Positions 1 to 8,311 of a DNA stretch of 27,890 nt are shown here, in pieces (positions within the stretch are counted from its first letter, which is position 1; each line of letters opens with the position of its first letter). The stretch is taken from contig JAEOUH010000088.1 of assembly GCA_016839365.1 (NCBI GenBank), forward strand, positions 1 through 27,890, in the 5' to 3' direction. The DNA is from Candidatus Hermodarchaeota archaeon. Lineage in GTDB: Archaea > Asgardarchaeota > Hermodarchaeia > Hermodarchaeales > Hermodarchaeaceae. A model generated the notes under the pieces. That model was not told the origin of the DNA. It saw nothing but the letters and a program-made list of their open reading frames with translations, and did no database searches. Made by a program: the position numbers and the translations under genes.

Positions 1-1915
1 GATCGAAGGCTTGCTGAACCTTATTGAAATATTCCTGGGCACCGATGAAATCGCCTCTCAGGAGATGAATCTGCCCAATCCGCCAATGGTTTTCGCCCAT
101 GTCATGATAGAAGAAAAGTTTGGAGTTCAATTCAGCGGCTTCACAGTGTAATTGCTCACTTTCCTCAAGCAATTCGAATCGTATGGTTTCTTCTGGGGTG
201 AAATCTAAACTGCTTTGGAATAGCAATAAATCTGCATGCTGGGTGAGCGCCTGTGCTCGTTTGTGACGTTCCCCAGTTTTTGCCCAATCGTCTGAGGCTT
301 GTTTATAGAATAATCTAGCTTTCTCGAGGAGTTGCCTTTCTCCAAGAAGTATGCCAAGATGTTTTGCAGCGTCTCCTGCTTGTTGAAATGCGTAAGCCGT
401 AGCAACTGGATCTGGAACCTTTTCTTTGAGTTTGGTGGCTTGTTCTCCGTATTGTAGCATTTCCTCATACAAGGGTTGCTTTTCACTGAAAGCGGGGGAT
501 AACTCAGCAAGTTTTGCGCAAGCGAAAGCAGCGTAACTGAGTGCTACAATCTGCCCGCGAAGGTCTTGTGTCTGATTTAATAGTTCAAGCCCTTTTTGAC
601 TCAATTCACGCTGCTGAAAGGCCCATTCTCGTTTCTTATCAGTCCTGGTTTCCAAATCCGAAAGAAAGCCACACATCTCACTAGCATTCATGGTAGCATA
701 GCCTGCACCACGAAGGCTCTTTGTTTTTTCAGCCAAGTCCTTTCCTTCAAGTTGGAGATTGAAAATTTCCATTAATCTATCTTTTCGACTCTCTGGATTC
801 AAATCAAACCAGGTCAAACGTTCTAAGGCAACACCCAAATTGATGGCAGCACGCGCTCGTAGTTGATAATGATGTGTCATCTCACCAATTCTTCGGGCTT
901 TTCTGAGAAGTTCTTCCCCTAGTTTATACAATTCATTTCTTCGTTTGAAATCCTGCTCAAGTTCAGCTATTGAAAGAAACCCTGTTCCAGCGAGAGTATA
1001 AGCATAGAGTAACTCTCCATATGCAGGCGTGTTTTCAAAAGTCGATACTGATTGAAGAAAGTGATCCTTTGCCTTTTCATACAAATCCTGACGGAGTTCC
1101 GGATCCTGTTCATCCTCAGCCATTCGGTAATATGAACTGCCCAACAGTGCAAGCATCTTGCCACGAGTTTGGTTGTCCGTTACTTCAACAAGAGAACGGA
1201 CAAGTTCATGAACATTATCATGACGGATTTGGCGGATGAGATCAAATTCAATACGATAGGGATGAAGTAAATCGACACCCCTCAAAACCGCAATATTTCC
1301 ATTTGTCGAACGGTTCGGGGTCCCAGCCAACGCCTGAATACGAGTTAAGATTTCACGTAATAACGCTTGTTTCTGGTCTTCCGTCTCATACAATAACAAT
1401 GGCTCAATTAAAAGCAGATAGTAAGCATCCTTTACTTCTGCGGTTAGCTGGTCAGCAAGTTCAAATCCATATCTAATCCAAGAGACCTGTTGATCTGGTT
1501 CTAAGAATGCCACTGTACTTTCTAGCAGAGTTAAAGCCCGTGGGATATCGTTAGCTTCTACGAAGCTATTGATAGCTTGAAGGAGGTTTTCGTGGTTAGG
1601 TGGGTCCGAAAGCCACCCTTCTGCCTCCCAGGACAATGCATTCAGATACGCAAGTTGTTCTGGATCAAGTGATAAACTTTCTTCAATGCTCTTTAGTTGT
1701 GAAAAGAATTCTGATAGAGTTGCCCTCATTTCCGCTAAACTATTTGCATGCCAAGCACTAGCCCAGAGGTTATTAAAACCACGAATTGCAACATCGGAGG
1801 TTTTAATTCTTCGAAATAGTTTGAAGCATTTTTGTGCTGCATCGTAGTATTCAGCGTTGCGTTCTAATATGGTGATTCGACGAAGTTCCACACTGACATC
1901 GTCTAAGGTCAACAC
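1..1915 (-). CDS. Large TPR/alpha-SNAP-like helical repeat protein (3' end runs off window; at least 638 aa)
   Basis: Manual translation gives an uninterrupted frame from GTG at 1915 (MLTLDDVSVELRRITILERNAEYYDAAQKC...) to position 2 (...GDFIGAQEYFNKVQQAFD). The start is 9 nt after the MinD stop and is preceded by GGTGA. TPR-like segments include ARAAINLGVALERL and GENHWRIGQIHLLRGDFIGAQEYF. It is absent from the ORF track because there is no stop in the window. Confidence 0.85.
   Translation of the reverse strand, partial: MLTLDDVSVELRRITILERNAEYYDAAQKCFKLFRRIKTSDVAIRGFNNLWASAWHANSLAEMRATLSEFFSQLKSIEESLSLDPEQLAYLNALSWEAEGWLSDPPNHENLLQAINSFVEANDIPRALTLLESTVAFLEPDQQVSWIRYGFELADQLTAEVKDAYYLLLIEPLLLYETEDQKQALLREILTRIQALAGTPNRSTNGNIAVLRGVDLLHPYRIEFDLIRQIRHDNVHELVRSLVEVTDNQTRGKMLALLGSSYYRMAEDEQDPELRQDLYEKAKDHFLQSVSTFENTPAYGELLYAYTLAGTGFLSIAELEQDFKRRNELYKLGEELLRKARRIGEMTHHYQLRARAAINLGVALERLTWFDLNPESRKDRLMEIFNLQLEGKDLAEKTKSLRGAGYATMNASEMCGFLSDLETRTDKKREWAFQQRELSQKGLELLNQTQDLRGQIVALSYAAFACAKLAELSPAFSEKQPLYEEMLQYGEQATKLKEKVPDPVATAYAFQQAGDAAKHLGILLGERQLLEKARLFYKQASDDWAKTGERHKRAQALTQHADLLLFQSSLDFTPEETIRFELLEESEQLHCEAAELNSKLFFYHDMGENHWRIGQIHLLRGDFIGAQEYFNKVQQAFD
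413..1177 (-). repeat. Five tandem 51-aa (153-bp) helical-hairpin protein repeats
   Basis: Units start at 1177, 1024, 871, 718 and 565, e.g. AYGELLYAYTLAGTGFLSIAELEQDFKRRNELYKLGEELLRKARRIGEMTH / HYQLRARAAINLGVALERLTWFDLNPESRKDRLMEIFNLQLEGKDLAEKTK / SLRGAGYATMNASEMCGFLSDLETRTDKKREWAFQQRELSQKGLELLNQTQ. They are degenerate at DNA level. Confidence 0.7.
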
Positions 1916-1924
1916 CTTTCACCA

Positions 1925-2755
1925 TTAGTTTGCCATTTCAAAATGAGAAGCTAGTTGATCAATTGATTGCGAGAATTGATGTTCAGGCGCTTTTTCAATG
2001 AAAAGACTCTGACTCATATTTTCCATGACTTCACAAAAACACGGAATGATACTAATGACCTCAATCCCGAGGTGTTGGCTAAGTTTCTCTTTTAGCCTAT
2101 GATAGTCTTCGGTGCTCTCTAACATGCTACAGGGCACTTTATTGACTATAAGTTTAGGTCGTTTTCCAAGGGTTTGATTATAAACTCCTTTAATAAGGTG
2201 TTTTGTGCCAACAATGTCTAGCTGATCCATTTTGATTACAATCATTAATTCATCTGCGGCAAGGATTGCATTGATGGAGCTTAGGGCAAATCCAGGGCTA
2301 GTATCAAAGATTTCAAAATTAACGCCATACCTTTCAAAGAGAAGATCTCTTCCATCTAATACAAGTTGAAGCACTCGTGCTTGCCACTCTTCGTTAAGGC
2401 TATACATGGTCATTTCATTAATTGCCGCTGCGGTGGGATTCGTGAATCCGATATAGAACCTTCCTTTTGTTTTGAATTGATCACTAAAATCAATCAATAC
2501 TTCAGGTAATTCACAGCGCTGTGCGAGCCAGTCATTGATATAGTATTCTACACCGTTTAATTGAAATAATGCATTCAGACTGGGGGCGCGGAAATCAAAA
2601 TCTAGGAGGGCAACGTTCCATCCTCGTTTGGCTAAATTGAGTGCAGTGTTAGCAGAGAGGTTCGATTTACCAGTACCTCCTTTGAAGCTGTGGATAGTAA
2701 TCGCTTTATTTAGAGTCCCTTCGTGCCTTCTACTCCTGCCTATTAGCTGTGCCAC
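1925..2755 (-). CDS. MinD/ParA-family (SIMIBI) ATPase
   Basis: Deviant Walker A HSFKGGTGKS, switch I LLDFDFRAPSL, Walker B IFDTSPG, and IVNKV. No obvious C-terminal amphipathic membrane-targeting helix. Confidence 0.9.
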   Translation of the reverse strand: MAQLIGRSRRHEGTLNKAITIHSFKGGTGKSNLSANTALNLAKRGWNVALLDFDFRAPSLNALFQLNGVEYYINDWLAQRCELPEVLIDFSDQFKTKGRFYIGFTNPTAAAINEMTMYSLNEEWQARVLQLVLDGRDLLFERYGVNFEIFDTSPGFALSSINAILAADELMIVIKMDQLDIVGTKHLIKGVYNQTLGKRPKLIVNKVPCSMLESTEDYHRLKEKLSQHLGIEVISIIPCFCEVMENMSQSLFIEKAPEHQFSQSIDQLASHFEMAN

Positions 2756-2759
2756 CTCA

Positions 2760-3239
2760 TTATCCCCTCATGTCATTTTGTGTAGGAATACTGTATTGGT
2801 AACTATGTTGGATGCGCACGCGTTGTAGATAGCCCAAGCGAAATAGGGCACCTAGATAATTTGATTCAGCATTCTGGGATTTTCCAGTTAGAATCGCTAC
2901 ATCAGATGCCATCGCTTGACGAAGTTTCAACATTGCCATTGCAGTTTCTCGATACCGCCGAGGAACTCGTAGCAGCACCATGGCATTTAACGGGACGGTT
3001 TGGGGTGGTCGTTCAATAGTTACGGTTTCACTGAGCTCAGTTCCACGAACCAAATATTGACGATCAACATATAGAATAAGCACATGCGCGGGATCACCAT
3101 GAAGATAAGCATGACTGACTGGATAAGAATGAGCATTTTCCACGATAGCCTTCGGTAACTTGACTTGAATATCCTGCTGACAACTATGACAGAAGGTCTG
3201 AATAGTCGCTGTGTCTGTAGTCTCATCTACCTTTGACAT
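2760..3239 (-). CDS. Two-domain protein: N-terminal CxxC/His putative Zn-binding domain + C-terminal winged-helix (putative transcription regulator)
   Basis: N-terminal CHSC...HAYLHGDPAH; C-terminal ASDVAILTGKSQNAESNYLGALFRLGYLQRVR fits an archaeal wHTH pattern. It ends 4 nt before the MinD start. Confidence 0.7.
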   Translation of the reverse strand: MSKVDETTDTATIQTFCHSCQQDIQVKLPKAIVENAHSYPVSHAYLHGDPAHVLILYVDRQYLVRGTELSETVTIERPPQTVPLNAMVLLRVPRRYRETAMAMLKLRQAMASDVAILTGKSQNAESNYLGALFRLGYLQRVRIQHSYQYSIPTQNDMRG

Positions 3240-3294
3240 GCATTTCCCCGCTGACCACAGTGCATGTTCTCAAACTCATCAATCCGTTTAGACT

Positions 3295-3311
3295 CTCTTA
3301 AACATTTTCCG
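3295..3311 (-). promoter_or_regulatory. Putative BRE/TATA promoter of the wHTH-MinD-repeat operon
   Basis: Minus strand reads CGGAAAATGTTTAAGAG about 55-70 nt upstream of the ATG at 3239. It overlaps a short GTTTA-N8-TAAAC inverted repeat. Confidence 0.45.
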
Positions 3312-3454
3312 TTGAAATAACCTAACCGTGATAGGATGCGGAGTTCTTAAGTTCTGATAGAAATCTAAACAGCTCAACCGTTTGTACCAAAAAACAAGGT
3401 TGGAAAAGGTTCTAAAGTTTGCAGGTCTAGCGTGAAGAATTAACAAAAAGCCAT

Positions 3455-4690
3455 GTGAAAGCGATTATGGATACGGTACTCGTCGTCGGATTCAACGTAC
3501 GTCCACTTGCACGATCAGCCAAGAAAGCTGGATACCGTGTTCTTGCCATTGATTACTGGGGGGATATGGATCTTCTACAATGGGCCGATGCTCACCTTGC
3601 CATCTTAGAGCAACAACCAGATCAGCGACCTGATCGTCCCCATCACCCAACCGCAGAGTCTCTCATTGTCGGTGTCCAACAGATGCTCGAAACACAAGAT
3701 CCTGTTGACTATATTCTCGTTAGTGGCGGATTCGATGATCACCCCGATGCATGGAATCAACTGCACAGCCTTGGAAGGCTCGTTGGAAATTCTTCTGAGA
3801 CACTGCAACATTCACGAGATCGAGAACTTACCAATCGATTAGCGAAGCGGTTCGGAGCAGATGCACCTAGAAGTTTTGAGGTCAAGGATGAAAAAGAGTT
3901 TCAGTGGGGGACAAATCAGCTTGAGCTTCCTATTCTCATAAAACCTAAGTATGGAAGTGGTGGTTTTCACACACGCATCATTCACACAGAACAGGATCTT
4001 AACCGATACCGCGATCGCCATCGTTTCTCGAAGGATGAGCCTGTATTGGTTCAAGAATTAATTCAGGGAAATGATGTGAGCGTTTCACTTCTTGGTACGG
4101 GAGATAGCGCAATTACCCTCTCGGTAAATCGACAACTAATTGGACTGCCTGAACTGGGTAAACAGAAAACTAAAGCATATTGTGGCAATGTTGTACCCTT
4201 AGATGCCCCTTCAGAAATCATTGCTCAACTTGCAAACACCTCAGAAGAAATATGTCGCCAATTGAAATTGGTGGGGAGCAACGGATTCGACTATGTTGTT
4301 GATAACAACGGAGTCCCCTTTTTCATGGAGATTAACCCACGAATACAAGCCACGATTGAAGCTCTTGAACTAGTAAGCAATATTAACGTCGTCAATCTCC
4401 ATATTGACGCATGGAACGGAGTCTTACCCAAGCAGTTGCCCAATTTCAAGGGGTATTGCACGCGCATCATTGTTTATGCAAAAACTCTTGTTGAAATTCC
4501 GAATCTGAGTAATATTCCGGGTGTCGTAGATATCCCTCTGCCCGGAAGTCATGCCGAACGAGGAGATCCTATCTGCACTGTAAATCATGTTGCCGCTTCA
4601 GAAGCTGACGCATTAAAGGGAGCTTGGGAAATCGTGAACACCATCTATAACTTTCTTACACCTATTTCCTCATCGTCTTCTAATGAATAG
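3455..4690 (+). CDS. ATP-grasp carboligase, COG2232 / MJ0776-like family (likely start ATG 3467)
   Basis: N-terminal VLVVGFNVRPLARSAKKAG..AIDYWGDMDL; ATP-grasp motifs LIKPKYGSGG, VQELIQG, GSNGFD and MEINPRIQ; C-terminal GDPICTV. It lies in an H4MPT gene neighbourhood. Confidence 0.8.
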   Translation: MKAIMDTVLVVGFNVRPLARSAKKAGYRVLAIDYWGDMDLLQWADAHLAILEQQPDQRPDRPHHPTAESLIVGVQQMLETQDPVDYILVSGGFDDHPDAWNQLHSLGRLVGNSSETLQHSRDRELTNRLAKRFGADAPRSFEVKDEKEFQWGTNQLELPILIKPKYGSGGFHTRIIHTEQDLNRYRDRHRFSKDEPVLVQELIQGNDVSVSLLGTGDSAITLSVNRQLIGLPELGKQKTKAYCGNVVPLDAPSEIIAQLANTSEEICRQLKLVGSNGFDYVVDNNGVPFFMEINPRIQATIEALELVSNINVVNLHIDAWNGVLPKQLPNFKGYCTRIIVYAKTLVEIPNLSNIPGVVDIPLPGSHAERGDPICTVNHVAASEADALKGAWEIVNTIYNFLTPISSSSSNE

Positions 4691-4716
4691 TATTGCTTAA
4701 TTATTCGAAGTACTAG

Positions 4717-5835
4717 GTGTTCTTTGAGGTTTCAATTATGGTTCGTGTAATTGGCATTGACCCCGGCACTCGATCGTTTGATTTCTGTGGATTAGAAGAT
4801 GGCAAAATTTTCTTACAAACCTCGATAACTAGCGTTGAGGTTGCTGAAAATCCTCAGAGCATTCTTGATGTCATTACCAAAGCAGGTAACATCGATTTAG
4901 TTGTTGGACCATCCGGCTATGGTCTGCCACTCCTACCAGCTAATGAGGTAACGGAAAAAGAATTTTTCCAGTTGGTTCTTGTTCGACATGATGATGACAA
5001 AATCCCAGTACTAGAAGCGATCAAGGATATGGTCCGTCTCGTTCAGAAAACTGATATCAACATGATTTTTATTCCCGGTGTCATTCATCTTCATTCAGTT
5101 CCAATTTGGCGAAAACATAATCGAATTGACCTTGGAACTGCTGATAAGTTATGTTGCGCTATTTTGGGCGTTTATGATCAGGCACGCCATCTGGCTATTC
5201 CCTATAACGAGACAGCCTTCATTCTTGTTGAATTAGGATATGGATATCCTGCTGCAGTTGCTGTGGAAAATGGACTAGTCATAGATGGGGTTGGAGGAAC
5301 TATCGGAGGCCCTGGATTTCTTACGCTTGGTGGAATGGATGGAGAGCTGGCTTACCTTCTGCGTGGTTTCGCAAAGGGCACGTTGTTCCAGGGTGGTGTC
5401 TTATCAGCCTTAGATGATCCAAGCTTGAGCCCTGAGGCATTTGCTGGCTTACTACAAAAAGACGATAAGGTAGCTCAGCAGGCCTGGAATGCTGTTGCAG
5501 AAGGGCTTGCAAAGTCTGTGTCGGCCCTTATGGTTTCTGTTCCACATCCAAAGGAGATCATCCTTTCAGGTCGTCTAACCAGAGTTCCCACCCTTGTTGA
5601 AGATCTTACGAAGCGTATGAAACAGTTTGGATATCCTGTACGACGGGTGCAACGATTAGGAGATCAATCAAAAGAAGCGGCTCAGGGTGCAGCCTTATTT
5701 GCTGATGGTCTTGCAGGCGGACCCTCTACCGGGTTAGTTGAAACAATGCGTCTTAAAGAGTGCAGTGGTTCAGTCTTGGACTGGATAAGCCTCCCTCAAG
5801 CCGAAACCATTCGTGATATGTTCAAGGAAGCTTAA
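4717..5835 (+). CDS. DUF1464 family ASKHA (acetate/butyrate kinase-like) protein (likely start ATG 4738)
   Basis: VIGIDPGTRSFD phosphate-1 motif, GPSGYGLP, IDLGTADK, ELGYGY, IDGVGG, MDGELAY, IILSGR, KEAAQGAA. Confidence 0.85.
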   Translation: MFFEVSIMVRVIGIDPGTRSFDFCGLEDGKIFLQTSITSVEVAENPQSILDVITKAGNIDLVVGPSGYGLPLLPANEVTEKEFFQLVLVRHDDDKIPVLEAIKDMVRLVQKTDINMIFIPGVIHLHSVPIWRKHNRIDLGTADKLCCAILGVYDQARHLAIPYNETAFILVELGYGYPAAVAVENGLVIDGVGGTIGGPGFLTLGGMDGELAYLLRGFAKGTLFQGGVLSALDDPSLSPEAFAGLLQKDDKVAQQAWNAVAEGLAKSVSALMVSVPHPKEIILSGRLTRVPTLVEDLTKRMKQFGYPVRRVQRLGDQSKEAAQGAALFADGLAGGPSTGLVETMRLKECSGSVLDWISLPQAETIRDMFKEA

Positions 5836-6836
5836 TGTATGATAATCTTTGCCCCTTGGTTATTTACAGGGGTCGAGAAAACAAGTCCACCTGAGTTAGA
5901 TTCTACAACTTCTAGCACTGCTTTTTTCACTTGGGAAACCTTCTTTGAACCACGAACCAGCCCATAACAGGTTGGTCCCCAGGAGCTTTGTCCGGCCCCC
6001 AAGGCTCCAGCACCTAGTAGTGCATTGATACAGTCGGTTATTACAGGTGATGCATATCGTCCTCCTTGTGCTGAGGCAAACGCCTCCCCCACAAGAATCT
6101 GTATTCGTGTCAACGCTTCACCGAAGCGTTCGATGTCATCGTCAACAATGGCAGGGAGCATCTTCATCACAAGCAATCGACTAGCGATCTGAGCTGATTC
6201 AGCCGTGGCGACCGGAAGGTCACGAAACGCTCTTCTTTCCGTCTCCCCACTCAAGCCTTTCGCAACATTTGGAACCGCAATTACAAAAATCCAGTCTTCA
6301 GGAACAGCGTGGTGAAAAAGTAGGGGTGGTAGCATATCCTCTTGGTCTTTTGCAGGTTCAATAACCTTCCCTCCATCGACTACAAATCCTCCAACCTCAA
6401 AAGTCGCTGTTCCTACTCCAGAAACCACTCCACGCCAAAGGATGTTCGATAATTCCCGTACCCCTGTCCTCACTCCAGCCATTGTTGAGAGTCCTGTTCC
6501 AACAGCTAAACCTAATTGAGTACCTGACCCCAATCCAACATGTGCGGGAATGGTTTCCCACAACGTCACTCGGAATCCATTATCTAACTTCAATTTTGTG
6601 ATAATCTGGGAAGCGATTGCTTTCACACGATCTTGATTCTGACCAGAAACCACTAGTCCATCATCATTGGGTGTTACCTCAACAACACATTCGGGTTGCT
6701 GAAGTGAAACCCCCAACGAACCAAACTTACGTCCAATTCCACCATGCAGATCAATGAACCCCAGATGAAGTCGCGCCGTTGTACGGACAATAACTTTTAC
6801 CGGAGTTGATTTAGCCATAAATTTCACTTGATCCAT
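5832..6836 (-). CDS. mptG: beta-ribofuranosylaminobenzene/phenol 5'-phosphate (RFA-P) synthase, GHMP superfamily (likely start ATG 6818)
   Basis: ARLHLGFIDL, IPAHVGLGSGTQL, SGVGTATFEVGGFVVDGG, GQSSWGPT and NNQGA are characteristic RFA-P synthase motifs. Confidence 0.9.
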   Translation of the reverse strand: MDQVKFMAKSTPVKVIVRTTARLHLGFIDLHGGIGRKFGSLGVSLQQPECVVEVTPNDDGLVVSGQNQDRVKAIASQIITKLKLDNGFRVTLWETIPAHVGLGSGTQLGLAVGTGLSTMAGVRTGVRELSNILWRGVVSGVGTATFEVGGFVVDGGKVIEPAKDQEDMLPPLLFHHAVPEDWIFVIAVPNVAKGLSGETERRAFRDLPVATAESAQIASRLLVMKMLPAIVDDDIERFGEALTRIQILVGEAFASAQGGRYASPVITDCINALLGAGALGAGQSSWGPTCYGLVRGSKKVSQVKKAVLEVVESNSGGLVFSTPVNNQGAKIIIH

Positions 6837-7456
6837 TTGGGCAAGAGTGTTTCCACTTTTCGAATGACTTCTGCGGCAGGAGATTGAGGTGCAATCCGTT
6901 CTACTAACGCATAGTGCTCACCGATTTGATGAGCCAGATGCTTAACAGTGATAGGATCAGTGTTATGTAATGCGCGAATTTTGGTCGCATATATCACGCA
7001 TTCGATAGCAGCACTTCGTGATCGTGAAAACGCTAGAGGAAACTTTGATGTAACCTCTATGTGCTGAACAGCGCACAAGAATTCTCTGAACGGAGTAACA
7101 AATTCAGTTGAGTGCTTAGGTTTAACCGAAACTTCAACGTATGCATTAGCACCGGATAATCGCGGAGCCTTCACTGTCTTTGCTGAAATGTATTCAACTG
7201 ATTGTAATTGCCGAAGTTCTTCTTTGAAGGCAAAGGACAGAAACAATTCTGGATCCTGAGACAAGTTGAGAACAGCCTCTCTATTAACCTCCAAATTACG
7301 AGCACTTTGTGTTTCCTGATAAGGCCTGAGAGCTAATCGAGGACCCATTTCAATCCATACTCCCATAGGGGCAGTATTAGGTTCCCCTTTCGCAGAAATT
7401 GTCGTCAGAAGCACTTCAACAACATCACAGTTGATGAAGCCTAACTTCGATAGCAC
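6824..7456 (-). CDS. DUF447 family protein (FMN-binding split-barrel-like, H4MPT-associated)
   Basis: EVLLTT...GEPNTAPMGV, QSARNL, VLNLSQDPELF and SRSAAIECVIYATK. It lies directly upstream of RFA-P synthase. Confidence 0.8.
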   Translation of the reverse strand: MLSKLGFINCDVVEVLLTTISAKGEPNTAPMGVWIEMGPRLALRPYQETQSARNLEVNREAVLNLSQDPELFLSFAFKEELRQLQSVEYISAKTVKAPRLSGANAYVEVSVKPKHSTEFVTPFREFLCAVQHIEVTSKFPLAFSRSRSAAIECVIYATKIRALHNTDPITVKHLAHQIGEHYALVERIAPQSPAAEVIRKVETLLPKWIK

Positions 7457-7584
7457 AGCAGAAAAATCTGTGATGTGAACACGCCCTTAACTGGTCTCTG
7501 TATACAACCGCGTTATATCTCACCTTAATGTCTTTTCTTGAGAGAGGGAAACGCCTTAAGTAAAATACACAATGAAATGACTTT

Positions 7585-7956
7585 CTAACTACGTTCAAGC
7601 ATAGGATTCTCGATAGGCCAACCCATTGCATTCAACGCTAATCGGGCAAGATCGCGGATAGCTTCCCAGGCAGAATCAGTCTTTAGAGTTTCTTCCATCC
7701 AAAAGCGTGAGTTATCGGGACCACTTATCTCATCCAATTTTTTATTCAAGTCTTCTAGAAGTTTCCGCGCTTTTACAGTAAATAAAGTTCGACGTCGTTT
7801 AATAACTTGGTACCACTGATCAAACTCAATAGCTAACTCGTCAACTTTCCACTCAAAATCGGGGAAAAGTTGGAGTTGGATTTCAGCTGGTGCTGCTAGA
7901 GCTTGAAGGGACCATCTAAACCGAACCATCGAATAGTCCACGTGACCTGCCTCCAA
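7585..7956 (-). CDS. Small all-helical hypothetical protein
   Basis: 123-aa ORF with protein-like composition: LQALAAPAEIQ...DELAIEF...LDEISG...W...L.....WEAIRDLARLALNAMGW. Start is TTG 7956 or ATG 7929. Confidence 0.65.
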   Translation of the reverse strand: MEAGHVDYSMVRFRWSLQALAAPAEIQLQLFPDFEWKVDELAIEFDQWYQVIKRRRTLFTVKARKLLEDLNKKLDEISGPDNSRFWMEETLKTDSAWEAIRDLARLALNAMGWPIENPMLERS

Positions 7957-8037
7957 CGTCGCATGTAAGTCTGAAGATGTAAGATAGTTGACCCGATTTA
8001 TCGTCCGACGTGAAAGGAGTATTTTTACGAATCTTCC

Positions 8038-8058
8038 TTATTACCATAATGGTGATAA
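8038..8058. promoter_or_regulatory. 21-bp near-perfect palindrome (candidate operator) in divergent intergenic region
   Basis: TTATTACCAT-A-ATGGTGATAA; 10-bp arms with one mismatch. Confidence 0.45.
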
Positions 8059-8311
8059 AACCGTCGACAAACTTATTTAGCTGATTTGAAAAACACACTC
8101 AGAGCTTACTCCCACTTCAGAAATCAACTAGCTCTTATATGACCTTCTTCAAGTAAGATTTTTCTAATTCCGATTAATGAAATCGATAATTCAATAAAAT
8201 TCCAGAGAAGCTCAATAGTACTTTCCAATACAAGTTTCATTTACTAGTAACTCATCAATTAGAAAAGACTAAAGAGTTAGGGTATGACCTTGAGTTGGAT
8301 GCTGACTGACA

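Noticed and set aside
1-1924. Apparent ORF desert, pseudogene or recoded region, and the short ORFs 205-510, 967-1164 and 970-1239
   Set aside because: A single uninterrupted minus-strand frame spans 1915 to the edge; the short ORFs are off-frame or antisense shadows.
1925-2755. Assigning minD (cell division) or parA/segA
   Set aside because: No MinE/ParB/SegB partner is visible and there is no membrane-targeting helix; only the family level is supportable.
3455-4690. Calling it mfnD or mptN
   Set aside because: The N-terminal signature fits the COG2232 group rather than the tyramine-glutamate ligase or RimK-type families.
4717-5835. Calling it butyrate kinase (buk)
   Set aside because: Motifs match DUF1464, whose kinase label is only a prediction, and no phosphotransbutyrylase is nearby.
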